Notes: generated from the sequence alone by a model not told the origin. DNA of 64,000 bases from Actinomycetes bacterium (GCA_023434535.1 JAEYSR010000207.1:1853-65852), one strand, 5' to 3'; counted from the stretch's first letter, positions 48,665 to 58,551 are shown. Made by a program: numbers and translations.

Positions 48665-49831
48665 TCAGCCGGCGACGGCGCCCGAGGACCGGAGCTCGGC
48701 GACGCGCTCGGCGTCGAGGCCCAACCAGTCGGCGAGGACCTCGTCGGTGTGCTGGCCGCCGTGGGCCGGCGGCCGCTGGACCTCGGCCGTCGTGCGGCTG
48801 AAGCGCGGGGCCGGAGCCGGCTGCTGCACCCCCGCCACCTCCACGAAGGTGCCCCGCTCCACGTTGTGCGGGTGCTGCGCCGCCTCGCTCATGGTGAGCA
48901 CCGGAGCGAAGCACACGTCGGTGCCTTCCATGATCGAGCACCACTCGTCACGGGTCCGCGTCAGGAAGATCTCGGCCAGGCGCTCCTTCATGGAGCCCCA
49001 CTGCGACTTGTCCATCTGGGAGGGCAGCGCCTCGCCGCGTTCGGCGTAGGACGACTCCAGGCCGGAGAGCTCGAGGAGCTGGGCGTAGAACTGCGGCTCG
49101 ATCGACCCGATCGAGACGAACCCGCCATCGGCGCACTCGTAGGTGTCGTAGAAGTGCGCCCCGGTGTCGAGCATGTTGGTGCCCTTCGCGTCGGACCAGA
49201 TGCCCATCGCGGAGAACGCCCACATCATCGTCATCAGCACCGCGGATCCGTCCACCATCGCCGCATCCACCACCTGTCCGGTCCCGGACCGATGCGCCTC
49301 GAGGATGCCGCACACCATGCCGAACGCCAGGAGCATGCCGCCCCCGCCGAAGTCGCCGACCAGGTTGATCGGAGGGGTGGGCTTCTCACCGTCGCGACCG
49401 AGGTGGGCGAGCACGCCGGCGAGAGCGATGTAGTTGATGTCGTGACCGGCCGTGGGCGCGTACGGGCCCTCCTGGCCCCACCCGGTCATGCGGCCGAACA
49501 CGAGGCGCGGGTTGCGGGCGGCGCAGACGTCGGGACCGAAGCCGAGCCGCTCGGCGACCCCGGGGCGGAACCCCTCGATCAGGCCGTCGGCCGTGCCGAC
49601 GAGGTCGAGCAGGACCTCCAGGCCCTCTGGCGACTTCAGGTCGACGGCGATGGACCGCCGGCCGCGGTTGAGGATGTCCGACGGCGGGTTCGCCGGGTCG
49701 CCGCCCATGGCGTTCGCCGCCCGGTCGACGCGGACGACGTCCGCCCCCATGTCGGCCAGCATCATGGCGGCGAACGGTCCCGGACCGATGCCTGCGACCT
49801 CGATGATCCTGATCCCGCTCAACGGTCCCAC
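48665..49831 (-). CDS. CaiB/BaiF CoA-transferase family, alpha-methylacyl-CoA racemase-like
   Basis: AGIGPGPFAAMMLADMGA, EGFRPGVAERLG, GHDINY, NLVGDFGGGG, DAAMVDG, EPQFY. Confidence 0.93.
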   Translation of the reverse strand: MGPLSGIRIIEVAGIGPGPFAAMMLADMGADVVRVDRAANAMGGDPANPPSDILNRGRRSIAVDLKSPEGLEVLLDLVGTADGLIEGFRPGVAERLGFGPDVCAARNPRLVFGRMTGWGQEGPYAPTAGHDINYIALAGVLAHLGRDGEKPTPPINLVGDFGGGGMLLAFGMVCGILEAHRSGTGQVVDAAMVDGSAVLMTMMWAFSAMGIWSDAKGTNMLDTGAHFYDTYECADGGFVSIGSIEPQFYAQLLELSGLESSYAERGEALPSQMDKSQWGSMKERLAEIFLTRTRDEWCSIMEGTDVCFAPVLTMSEAAQHPHNVERGTFVEVAGVQQPAPAPRFSRTTAEVQRPPAHGGQHTDEVLADWLGLDAERVAELRSSGAVAG

Positions 49832-49956
49832 GTGGTGCCCCCTCGGCGACGCCCCGGCTGCGTCGGACCGACGGCCGGGTTGGTGGCCCGAGTGTTCCGC
49901 CCCGCCCCAGGACCGTCAAACCGCGCCGCGTCGCCTCGAGCCCGGGCCCGGGCGGG

Positions 49957-51117
49957 TCAGCGGACGGCGACCTCGCGGCCCGCGACGAGCGTCCGGACCA
50001 CATCGAGCGCGTCGTCGAGCACCACCACGTCGGCGACGTCGCCCGGCCGCACCAGCACGTCGTCGAGGCCCAGCAGGCGACGCTGCACTCCCCCGCAGGC
50101 ATCGGCGGCCGAGGCCAGGTCCAGGCCCAGCGCCACGAGGTTGCGCAGCACCCCGTCGGGGGTGACGATGCTGCCGGCGAGCGTGCCGTCGGCCAACGTG
50201 GCCCTGCCGTCCCGGACGGTCACCGTCATGCCGGGCTCCTCCTCCCACTCGTCGAGGCTCGCGAGCCCAGCGGGAGGGATGGCGTCGGTCGTGGCCGCGA
50301 CGCGGCCGGCGGCGGCCTTCAACGTGAGTCGCACGGTCTCGTCGGCGACGTGCACCCCGTCGACGATCAGACCCACGATCAGCCCGGGCCGCACGAGCGC
50401 CACCGCGGCGGGTCCGGGGTCCCGCGACGTCAGCCGCCGGTGTGCGTTCCAGCAGTGCGTCAGGTGGCGGGCGCCCGCGTCCACGGCCGCGACCGTCTGC
50501 TCCACGTCCGCGTCCGAGTGCCCGATGCTCACCACCACGCCCCGCCGGTGCAGGTGGTCGACCAGCTCGACGCCGCCCGGCAGCTCGGGTGCGACGGTCA
50601 TGAACCCGACCTGACCGCTCTCGAGCAGGCGGTCGGCGGCGTCGACCGAGGGCGCGAGGAAGGTCCGCTCGTCGTGAGCGCCCTTGAACAGCGGATTGAG
50701 GAACGGCCCCTCCAGGTGCGCCGCGAGGAACCGGCAGCCCCATCCGGGATCGGTCGGACCCCCACGCCGGTCGAGCGCCGAGGCCTGCGCTGCACGTGCC
50801 TCCGAGAGGACGTCGAGAGCGGCGAGGTAGCCGTCGAGGGAGCGCCCGAAGTACGTCGGCTGCACGGCGGTGGCGCCGTGCGCCGCCAGGGCGAGGCCCG
50901 CCGTCCTGTAGCCCTCCACGTCGGCACGGCGGAGGTCGACGCCCGCGAAGCCGTTCACCTGCAGGTCGACCAGCCCCGGCAGCGCGATCGTGTCCCGGCG
51001 TCCCTCGAAGGGCACGCCGACCGAGGCGATGCGGCCCGCGTCGTCGACCCGCACGTCGCCGACCATCACCTCGCCGTCGACCAGCGCGGCGCCGACGCCG
51101 AGGAGGCGGTCGGTCAT
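49957..51117 (-). CDS. nagA: N-acetylglucosamine-6-phosphate deacetylase
   Basis: PGLVDLQVNG, HLEGPF, KGAH, TVAPE, GHS, THCWNA, DGVHV, TLAGS. Confidence 0.9.
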   Translation of the reverse strand: MTDRLLGVGAALVDGEVMVGDVRVDDAGRIASVGVPFEGRRDTIALPGLVDLQVNGFAGVDLRRADVEGYRTAGLALAAHGATAVQPTYFGRSLDGYLAALDVLSEARAAQASALDRRGGPTDPGWGCRFLAAHLEGPFLNPLFKGAHDERTFLAPSVDAADRLLESGQVGFMTVAPELPGGVELVDHLHRRGVVVSIGHSDADVEQTVAAVDAGARHLTHCWNAHRRLTSRDPGPAAVALVRPGLIVGLIVDGVHVADETVRLTLKAAAGRVAATTDAIPPAGLASLDEWEEEPGMTVTVRDGRATLADGTLAGSIVTPDGVLRNLVALGLDLASAADACGGVQRRLLGLDDVLVRPGDVADVVVLDDALDVVRTLVAGREVAVR

Positions 51118-51151
51118 CGGGCCCGTGGACCGGAGGTCGTCGCCGCTGCGG

Positions 51152-52204
51152 TCACGGGTGAGGGACGGCGACCGGGTCCCCGCCGACGGCGGCGGATCGG
51201 TAGGTCGCGTCGGCCAGCACATGGGCCCGGAGAGCGTCGTCGACGTCGGGACGCAGGCGCGGTGGCGTCCCTCCGTCGAGGTGCACCTGGACGGCTCGCA
51301 GGAAGTCCTCCTCCGAGCTCGGCGACGCGATCCCGCGGGCCTGCAACCACGGCTCGAGGTCGTCGCCGCCGACGGACTCCTCGCTCTCCGCGGTCTGGCG
51401 ACGGACGGGGCCGACGTCGTCGGACTCGAGCGTGATGGTGGCGTTCTCGCAGAACACCTCCATCCGCCGCTGGCTCGGCCGGCTGAGGACGTCGTGCCAG
51501 ATCGAGGCCAGGTTTCCGGTGGCGTCGCTCGTGAAGCGCAGGAGGGCGCTCACCGAGTCCTCGATGCCGTCGATGCCGTGGAAGAACGACTGCTGGGCGC
51601 CGATCGAGTCCACCGGGCCGAGCAGCCACTCCAGGAGGTCGAGGTCGTGGATCGAGTGCTCCATCAGCGCCCCGGAGCCGGCGCGCTCCACGTCGCCGCG
51701 CCACGTCGAGGCGTACATGCCCTGCGTCGGGATGTACTGGTCGTCGCGGAACACGACGTTCATCACGCGTCCCGACGTCGGGTCCTGGATCATCTCCCGC
51801 ATGACGAGCAGCGTGGGGCTGCTGCGCATCACGAGCCCGACCATGTTGACGATCCCGGCGTCGCGGACCACCTCGACGAGCTCGCGCGAGCGTGCGAGGT
51901 CGAGCGACAGGGGCTTCTCGCAGAACAGAGGGGTGCCCGACGCGGCGACCAGGCGGACCATCGGGAGGTGCTCGGCGGTCCACGTGCAGACGAACACGGC
52001 GTCGGACGCCTCGATCACCTCCTCGGGCGTGGCGCACACCAGCGCACCCTGGCCGCCGGCGAGTCCTGCAGCCCGCTCGACGTCGGGGTCGTACACCGCC
52101 ACGATCGAGTTGTCGGGCCCGGACCCGTCACGGACGAGGTTGAGCTGGATGGCGTGGTAGGCGGCGATCAGGCCGGCACCGAGGAACCCCACACGGATCG
52201 ACAT
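51152..52204 (-). CDS. Gfo/Idh/MocA family oxidoreductase
   Basis: GFLGAGLIA, CEKPL, GSGALMEHSIHDLD. Confidence 0.92.
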   Translation of the reverse strand: MSIRVGFLGAGLIAAYHAIQLNLVRDGSGPDNSIVAVYDPDVERAAGLAGGQGALVCATPEEVIEASDAVFVCTWTAEHLPMVRLVAASGTPLFCEKPLSLDLARSRELVEVVRDAGIVNMVGLVMRSSPTLLVMREMIQDPTSGRVMNVVFRDDQYIPTQGMYASTWRGDVERAGSGALMEHSIHDLDLLEWLLGPVDSIGAQQSFFHGIDGIEDSVSALLRFTSDATGNLASIWHDVLSRPSQRRMEVFCENATITLESDDVGPVRRQTAESEESVGGDDLEPWLQARGIASPSSEEDFLRAVQVHLDGGTPPRLRPDVDDALRAHVLADATYRSAAVGGDPVAVPHP

Positions 52205-52252
52205 CCGGGGCAGCGTACGGGACACCCGCCCGCCTGGCGTACCGTGCCGGTC

Positions 52253-53140
52253 GTGGACGAACCGAGGTTGGACGACCTCACCCGACAGCGCACCTTCGTG
52301 GTGGGCACCCGCCAGGGTCGGCCCAACCGACCGTCGGCCGACTGCCCGTTCTGCGTGGGGGGCCTCGAGGCCCCGGAGCCCTACGACGTGCGCTGGTTCG
52401 TGAACCGCTGGCCGTCCATGGGCGACGACCGGTGCGAGATGGTCCTCTACACGCCGGACCACGACGCGGAGTTCTGGTCGCTCGGCACGGCGGGGGCGCG
52501 TCGGGTGGTGGACCTGTGGGCCGACCGCACCGCCGCCCTCGGCGCCCGCGACGACGTGGACTACGTGCTCGTGTTCGAGAACCGCGGCGCCGAGGTCGGC
52601 GCCACCATCCCGCACCCCCACGGTCAGATCTACGCGTTCCGGGAGGTGCCGCCCGTCCCGCTGCGGGAGCTGGTGGACGGGGTGCTGGCCCCCGATCTGG
52701 TCCCGGAGGACCTGGTCGTCGGCCATCACGGCGACTGGACGACCTGGGTCCCCCACGCCCCGACCTGGCCCTACGAGCTGCGGCTCGCACCCGGTGTCGA
52801 GGTGCCCGACCTGGTCGACGACCGGTGCGACCGGGACGGGTTGGCCGCCGCGCTGGTCGACGCCCTCGCCCGGCTCGACCAGCTGTTCGACGCCCCCATG
52901 CCGTACATGCTGTGGGTCCACCAACGCCCGACCGACGGCCGGTCCTGGCCCGGGGCCTGCGTGCACGTGCACGTGTGCCCGCTGTATCGCTCCCCGGGCG
53001 TCCAGCGCTACGTCGCGGCGGCCGAGCAGGGAGGCGGCGTGTACTTCGACCCCGTGGATCCGGCTGTCGCCGCAGCGCAGCTGCGAGCCCTCCCGGGCAT
53101 GCCGGCCGACTGCGAAACCGCTCCTGGGGAGGCGCCGTGA
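52253..53140 (+). CDS. galT: Galactose-1-phosphate uridylyltransferase
   Basis: RQGRP, CPFC, NRWP, FENRGAEVGATIPHPHGQIYA; TACCGT 7 nt before GTG. Confidence 0.9.
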   Translation: MDEPRLDDLTRQRTFVVGTRQGRPNRPSADCPFCVGGLEAPEPYDVRWFVNRWPSMGDDRCEMVLYTPDHDAEFWSLGTAGARRVVDLWADRTAALGARDDVDYVLVFENRGAEVGATIPHPHGQIYAFREVPPVPLRELVDGVLAPDLVPEDLVVGHHGDWTTWVPHAPTWPYELRLAPGVEVPDLVDDRCDRDGLAAALVDALARLDQLFDAPMPYMLWVHQRPTDGRSWPGACVHVHVCPLYRSPGVQRYVAAAEQGGGVYFDPVDPAVAAAQLRALPGMPADCETAPGEAP

Positions 53141-54147
53141 CGACGACCGTCTGGGCTCCGGGTCGGGTGAACCTGATCGGCGACCACACCGACTACATGG
53201 GAGGTCTGGTCCTGCCCATGGCGGTGCAGCTCGGCACCACGGTGACCGTCGAGCGCCAGGACGACGCCGAGGAGCCGCGACTCGTCCTGCGCTCGGACCG
53301 GCTGGACGGCACGGTCGACGTCCCGCTGCCGGTCTCGGACCCGTCGGACGTCGAGCCCGGGTGGGGTCGGTACGTGGCCGGAGTGGCGGCCGAGCTCGCC
53401 ACGACGATCGGCGTGGTGGGTGACGTCCGGTCGGACCTGCCGATCGGCGGCGGGCTGTCGTCGAGCGCCTCGCTCGAGGTCGCGGTCGCGCTGGCGCTCG
53501 GTGCGACCGGGACCCCGCTGGAGATCGCCCGGCTGTGCCAGCGGGCCGAGGTCGCCGCGACCGGCGTGCCCTGCGGGATCATGGACCAGCTCGCCGTGGC
53601 CGCCGGCGTCGACGGCCACGCGCTGCTCATCGACTGCGACACCGAGGAGATCACGCCGGTCCGCGTCCCCGCCGACGCCGCGATCTGGGTGGTCGACTCG
53701 GGCCAGAGCCGTGAGCTGGTCGGATCCGAGTACGCCGATCGGCGGGCCCAGGCGGAGTCCGCCGTCGCGCTCGTCGGACCGCTCCCCCACGCCGCCATGG
53801 CCGACATCGACGCGATCGCCGATCCGGTGGTCCGGGCCCGGGCCCGCCACGTGCGCACCGAGTGCGACCGGGTGCGCGCCTTCGCCGCCGCGATCTCGGC
53901 CGACGACCTGGTCCGCGCCGGGCAGCTGATGGTGGAGAGCCACCGCTCCCTCCGCGACGACTACGAGGTGTCGACACCCGCTCTCGACGAGCTGGTCCAC
54001 AGCCTGACGGCCGTCCCGGGCGTGCACGGAGCGCGACTCACCGGCGCGGGGTTCGGGGGATGCGTGGTCGCCCTCGCCGAACGCGGCGTCGACCTGCCGG
54101 GAACCAGGGTCCGGGCCACCGCCGGCGCGTCGGTCTTCTGGGATTGA
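53137..54147 (+). CDS. galK: Galactokinase
   Basis: APGRVNLIGDHTDY, GGGLSSSAS, CGIMDQ, SLRDDYEVS, GARLTGAGFGG. Confidence 0.93.
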   Translation: MTTTVWAPGRVNLIGDHTDYMGGLVLPMAVQLGTTVTVERQDDAEEPRLVLRSDRLDGTVDVPLPVSDPSDVEPGWGRYVAGVAAELATTIGVVGDVRSDLPIGGGLSSSASLEVAVALALGATGTPLEIARLCQRAEVAATGVPCGIMDQLAVAAGVDGHALLIDCDTEEITPVRVPADAAIWVVDSGQSRELVGSEYADRRAQAESAVALVGPLPHAAMADIDAIADPVVRARARHVRTECDRVRAFAAAISADDLVRAGQLMVESHRSLRDDYEVSTPALDELVHSLTAVPGVHGARLTGAGFGGCVVALAERGVDLPGTRVRATAGASVFWD

Positions 54148-54172
54148 CCCGCGGCCGGGACGGACCCGCCCG

Positions 54173-54220
54173 CTCTGTTCGTCGGAACCGACCGGGAACC
54201 GTCGATATCGAGGAACAGAG
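54173..54220. repeat. 48-bp imperfect palindrome, REP-like family copy D
   Basis: CTCTGTTCGTCGGAACCGACCGGGAACCGTCGATATCGAGGAACAGAG; 39/48 identical to copy C; between convergent galK and PH-domain genes. Confidence 0.9.
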
Positions 54221-54223
54221 CGA

Positions 54224-54880
54224 TCAGGTCGGGGGCTGACGGGACAGCAGCTGGGCCTTCTGCGCCTCGAACTCCGCGTCGCTCAGGTGGCCCTGGTCGC
54301 GCAGCGTCGCCAGCTTGGTGAGCTCGTCGGCCACCGACCCGCCGGTCGCAAAGGTGCTGCCGTCGGGGCCGGTGCGGATCCGGTCGAACTTGCGGTTCTC
54401 GTTGTCCTCCATGGTCTGGTACAGCAGGTTCTGCACCATCACGGGGTTGCGGATGTCCTCGAAGCGCTGCTCGCCGCCGTGTCCGGCCGACTCGATCATG
54501 AGGTCGCCCGCCCGCACCAGCCGCTCGAACAGGTGCTGGTGGAAGAACACCGTGTTGATCCGCTCCAGCGGGATCTCGATGCCTCGCTTGGAGATGATCC
54601 CCTCGCGGTAGATGCAGCGGTCGGTCGTGATCACGAAGTTGGTCGACCACCACTTGATCAACCGTTGGCACAGGTACAGGAGGCTGACGACGATCGCGAA
54701 GATGGCGATCCACTTGGTCCCGGTGCCGAACCACCCCTCCCACTTCTGGGCGAGCACGAAGATCCCGAACGCGATCGACGCCACGACCCAGACGATGGAC
54801 CACATGAGCATGATCCAGTGCGGGTGCTCGTCGACGACGATCTGCTCGTTGGCGTGGAGGTTGCTGCGGTCGTAGGCCAC
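54224..54880 (-). CDS. Bacterial PH-domain membrane protein with C-terminal SHOCT domain
   Basis: HPHW, two TM helices, FVITTDRCIYREGII...EIPLERIN, ADELTKLATLRDQGHLSDAEFEAQKAQLL. Confidence 0.88.
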   Translation of the reverse strand: MAYDRSNLHANEQIVVDEHPHWIMLMWSIVWVVASIAFGIFVLAQKWEGWFGTGTKWIAIFAIVVSLLYLCQRLIKWWSTNFVITTDRCIYREGIISKRGIEIPLERINTVFFHQHLFERLVRAGDLMIESAGHGGEQRFEDIRNPVMVQNLLYQTMEDNENRKFDRIRTGPDGSTFATGGSVADELTKLATLRDQGHLSDAEFEAQKAQLLSRQPPT

Positions 54881-54953
54881 GGGCTCAGCGTAACGGCGGG
54901 CCCGTCGGCTCCGGTGGGATCGGCTGTCACGGGCCGCTGGTACGTTCGCCGCG

Positions 54954-56939
54954 GTGGCTCCCGAGACCGAACGGCTCCTGCGCGGCATGAACGACCACCA
55001 GGTCGCCGCGGTGACGTCCGACGCCTCGCCGCTGCGGATCCTGGCCGGCGCCGGCTCGGGCAAGACCCGGGTGCTCACCCACCGGATCGCGCGCCGGGCG
55101 GAGACCGACACGCTGGACCCGACCCGGGTCCTGGCCGTCACCTTCACCCGGAAGGCCGCCGGCGAGCTGCGCGACCGGCTCGGTCGCCTGGGTCTGCGCG
55201 ACGGCGTGCACGCCGGCACCTTCCACGCCATCGCGTACGCCCAGCTGCGCCAGCGCTGGGAGGAGCGCGACGTCGCTCCCCCCGAGCTGCTCGACCGCAA
55301 GGTCGGCTTCGTCGCCCGACTGATCCCGGGCCGCGGCGGCCGCAACGACCGCACCACACCGCTCGACGTCGTGGCCGAGATCGAATGGGCGGCCGCCCGT
55401 CGGATCACGCCTGAGCGCTACGAGGCGGAGGCCGGGCGTGCCCGGCGCCGACCACCTCTCCCGCTCGGGACGGTCGCCACCGTCTACGACCGCTACCTCG
55501 AGCAGAAGCGGCGGCGTCGGCTGGTGGACTTCGACGACATCCTCCGCCTGGCCGCCCGGGACCTGGAGGCGGACCCGGTCTACGCCACCGCGCGTCGCTG
55601 GAGGTTCCGCCACCTGTTCGTGGACGAGTTCCAGGACGTCAACCCGCTCCAGTTCCACCTCCTCCAGCAGTGGATCGGGCCCGACTCCGACGTCTGCATC
55701 GTCGGTGACCCCAACCAGGCGATCTACGCGTGGAACGGCGCGGATGCCCGCTACCTCGTCGACTTCGAGCGGTTCTTCCCCGGCGGCGACACCGTCGTGC
55801 TGGAGGACAACTACCGATCCACCCCGCAGATCCTCGCCGTGGCCAACGGCGTGCTGCACCGCGGCGCCAACGTCCCGATCCGACTGCGCCCGCACCGCCC
55901 GGCCGGAGCCGTGCCGACCGTGCGCGCGCTCGACACCGACGAGGCCGAGGCCCGGGCCGTCGCACGGGCGTGCCGGGACGGACATCGCCCCGGCGTGCCG
56001 TGGTCGGCGCAGGCGGTCCTGGTCCGGACCAACGCGCAGACCACGCTGCTCGCCGAGGCGATGACCGCAGCGGGCGTGCCGCACCGGGTCCGGGGCGCCG
56101 GACGCCTCCTCGAGCAGCCCGAGGTCGTCGAAGCCCTCCAGGTCCTGCGGCGCTCCCCCACGCTGGAGGTCGCGCTCGCGGACCTCGAGCACGACGTCGT
56201 CGGTTCCGACCGACTCACCGAGGACCGCTCCGCGAACGTCGCCGAGGTCGTCCGGCTCGGTCGGGAGTACGCCGCCCTGGAGCCCGCCGGCGACGTCCGC
56301 TCGTTCTCGGCGTGGCTCAACGCGACGCTGCGCGACGAGGACCGTGGCGGGGGCGACGCGGTGGAGATCGTCACGTTCCACGCCGCGAAGGGGCTCGAGT
56401 GGCCGGTCGTGCACGTGGCCGGGCTCGAGGAGGGCTACGTCCCCATCCACCACGCCGAGACCGACGCGGAGATCGACGAGGAGCGCCGGCTCCTCTACGT
56501 GGCGCTCACCCGGGCCCGTGACGAGCTGCACTGCACGTGGGCCCGCAAGCGCACCTTCGGGTCGCGCTCCATGAACCGCTCCCCCTCACCGTGGGTCGAG
56601 GCCATCGAGACCACCCTCGGCGTCGCGCCCACGCAGGTGTCCAGGGCCCGGGGCGCCGAGCGCGCGCGCAGTGCGCGCAAGGCCGTGCCCAAGGCGGGCA
56701 CGCCGACGTCGGGTCCTGAGCGCGAGCTGTTCGACGCCCTCAAGGCATGGCGACGTGACCAGTCCCGGGCGGCCGACGTGCCGGCCTTCGTGATCTTCAA
56801 CGACGCCACTCTGGCGGCGATCTCCGAGCGCCGGCCACGCACCCAGGCGCAGCTGCTCCAGGTGTCCGGCGTCGGTCCCGTCAAGGCCCAGCGGTTCGGC
56901 CCCGACGTCCTCCGCATCGTGGCCGAGAGCTCCTCCTGA
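54954..56939 (+). CDS. uvrD2: ATP-dependent DNA helicase UvrD2 with HRDC domain
   Basis: AGAGSGKT, TFTRKAA, DEFQD, VGDPNQAIY, NYRS, HAAKGLEW, EERRLLYVALTRA; C-terminal LKAWRR...VPAFVIFND. Confidence 0.93.
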   Translation: MAPETERLLRGMNDHQVAAVTSDASPLRILAGAGSGKTRVLTHRIARRAETDTLDPTRVLAVTFTRKAAGELRDRLGRLGLRDGVHAGTFHAIAYAQLRQRWEERDVAPPELLDRKVGFVARLIPGRGGRNDRTTPLDVVAEIEWAAARRITPERYEAEAGRARRRPPLPLGTVATVYDRYLEQKRRRRLVDFDDILRLAARDLEADPVYATARRWRFRHLFVDEFQDVNPLQFHLLQQWIGPDSDVCIVGDPNQAIYAWNGADARYLVDFERFFPGGDTVVLEDNYRSTPQILAVANGVLHRGANVPIRLRPHRPAGAVPTVRALDTDEAEARAVARACRDGHRPGVPWSAQAVLVRTNAQTTLLAEAMTAAGVPHRVRGAGRLLEQPEVVEALQVLRRSPTLEVALADLEHDVVGSDRLTEDRSANVAEVVRLGREYAALEPAGDVRSFSAWLNATLRDEDRGGGDAVEIVTFHAAKGLEWPVVHVAGLEEGYVPIHHAETDAEIDEERRLLYVALTRARDELHCTWARKRTFGSRSMNRSPSPWVEAIETTLGVAPTQVSRARGAERARSARKAVPKAGTPTSGPERELFDALKAWRRDQSRAADVPAFVIFNDATLAAISERRPRTQAQLLQVSGVGPVKAQRFGPDVLRIVAESSS

Positions 56940-56946
56940 GCCCGCA

Positions 56947-56993
56947 CTCTGTGTGCACACGCCGTCGCCCTGGCATGCCTGACGCACACAGAG
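56947..56993. repeat. 47-bp imperfect palindrome, REP-like family copy E
   Basis: CTCTGTGTGC...GCACACAGAG (10-bp arms); between convergent uvrD2 and thioesterase genes. Confidence 0.75.
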
Positions 56994-57025
56994 CTCGGCC
57001 GTTCGAGAGCCCAGCGGCTCGGGAG

Positions 57026-57772
57026 TCAGTCGTCGCGGGCGGCGAGCAGCTCCTGGAAGCGGCCGGGGTCGAAGGCGATGAACAGCCCCTCGGCCTCGGC
57101 GCGCAGCTCCCCCTCGGCCTCGATCGTCGCCCGGGCCCAGATCTTGCGGCCCTCCCGCCGGTGGAGCCAGCCCTCCATCCGGAGCGGGGTGTGCAGCGGA
57201 GTGGGCTTGCGGTAGTCCACCCCAAGGTGCGCGGTCATCCCCTGGGTCCCCGACAGGGACTGCGCCGCGCCGAGGAGCTCGTCGAACGCCGCGGCCACGT
57301 ACCCGCCGTGCACGCAGCCGGGAGGGCCCTCGTACGCGGAGCCGAAGGTGACCTCGCACACGACGCGGTCGCCCTCGTAGGACAGGCGCATCGGCGGCGA
57401 CATCGGGTTGGCCAGACCGATGAACGGGCTGTGGTCGAAGAACGCCCACCTCTCCGGGTCGTCCGGATCGGTCGCGGCCAGACCTGCGATCGCCGCCTCG
57501 GCGAAGCCCTGGTACGTCTGACCGGTCGGCAGAGCACCGAGCACCGCGGCCAGGTTCTCGAGGTCGTCGGCCGCGGACGCGAGGTCCTCGGTCGCCGCGG
57601 TGGTCGACGTCAGCGCCTCGATGATGTCGCGCATGGCCTGGGCCAGCCGGCGGACCTCGACCCGTCGCGGCGTCATCTCGAGAGCGGCGAGGCCCTCGAT
57701 CCGCGGGCTCATCGCCGAGCCCGGACCTGCGGCCTCGTCAGCCTCGTCGGGGACGTCGGATCCGTCGTTCAC
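57026..57772 (-). CDS. PaaI-family thioesterase
   Basis: SPFIGLANPMSPP, YEGPPGCVHGGYVAAAFDELLG, YRKPTPL; GTGA overlap with xth. Confidence 0.9.
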   Translation of the reverse strand: MNDGSDVPDEADEAAGPGSAMSPRIEGLAALEMTPRRVEVRRLAQAMRDIIEALTSTTAATEDLASAADDLENLAAVLGALPTGQTYQGFAEAAIAGLAATDPDDPERWAFFDHSPFIGLANPMSPPMRLSYEGDRVVCEVTFGSAYEGPPGCVHGGYVAAAFDELLGAAQSLSGTQGMTAHLGVDYRKPTPLHTPLRMEGWLHRREGRKIWARATIEAEGELRAEAEGLFIAFDPGRFQELLAARDD

Positions 57773-58551
57773 GACGGCTCGATGTCGTAGACGGCGAGCA
57801 CCGGGGCGTGGTCCGACGGCTTGGTGCCCTTGCGCGCGTTGCGGTCGACCAGGTCGACGGTGGCCCGCTCGGCCAGCGACGCGGAGGACAGCAGGTAGTC
57901 GATGCGCATCCCGCGACGCTTGTGGAAGTCGCCGTTGCGGTAGTCCCAGTAGGAGTAGATGCCCTCCTCGGGGTACCGCCGGCGCAGGGTGTCGACCAGG
58001 CCCCAGTCGACGACGTTCGCCAGAGCGGCGCGCTCCTCGGGCGTGACGTGGGTGCTGCCCTCGAACGCCGCCGGGCTCCACACGTCCGCGTCCGTCGGGG
58101 CGATGTTCCAGTCCCCGAGCAGGACCAGGAGCTCGTCGGGGCTGTGGTGGGCGTCGAGGTGGGCCCGGAGCCGGCCCAGCCACGCCAGCTTGTAGCGGAA
58201 GTGGTCGTGGCCGACCTCTCGCCCGTTCGGCACGTACAGGGACCCCACCCGGACTCCGCCGCAGGTGGCCCACAGCATGCGGGCGTCGGGGTCGGGGTCC
58301 GTCCCGTCGTCGAACCCCGCGACGACGTCGTCGATGCCGATCTTGGAGAGGATCGCCACGCCGTTCCACTGGCCCTGGCCGTGGTGCACCGAGTCGTAGC
58401 CGAGCCGCTGGAAGTCCATCCCCGGGAACTGGGCGTCGGACATCTTGGTCTCCTGCATGCACAGGACGTCGGGGCCGACCTCGGTCAGCCACTCCTCCAC
58501 CCGGGGCATGCGGGCGTTCAGGGAGTTCACGTTCCAGGTCGCGATCAGCAC
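57769..58551 (-). CDS. xth: Exodeoxyribonuclease III
   Basis: ATWNVNS, QETK, WNGVAI, YVPNG, GDWNIAP, YSYWDYR, RIDY, SDHAP. Confidence 0.96.
   Translation of the reverse strand: MLIATWNVNSLNARMPRVEEWLTEVGPDVLCMQETKMSDAQFPGMDFQRLGYDSVHHGQGQWNGVAILSKIGIDDVVAGFDDGTDPDPDARMLWATCGGVRVGSLYVPNGREVGHDHFRYKLAWLGRLRAHLDAHHSPDELLVLLGDWNIAPTDADVWSPAAFEGSTHVTPEERAALANVVDWGLVDTLRRRYPEEGIYSYWDYRNGDFHKRRGMRIDYLLSSASLAERATVDLVDRNARKGTKPSDHAPVLAVYDIEPS

Noticed and set aside
8250..56993. Palindrome family as CRISPR repeats
   Set aside because: Copies are kilobases apart, not arrayed with spacers, and no cas genes are present
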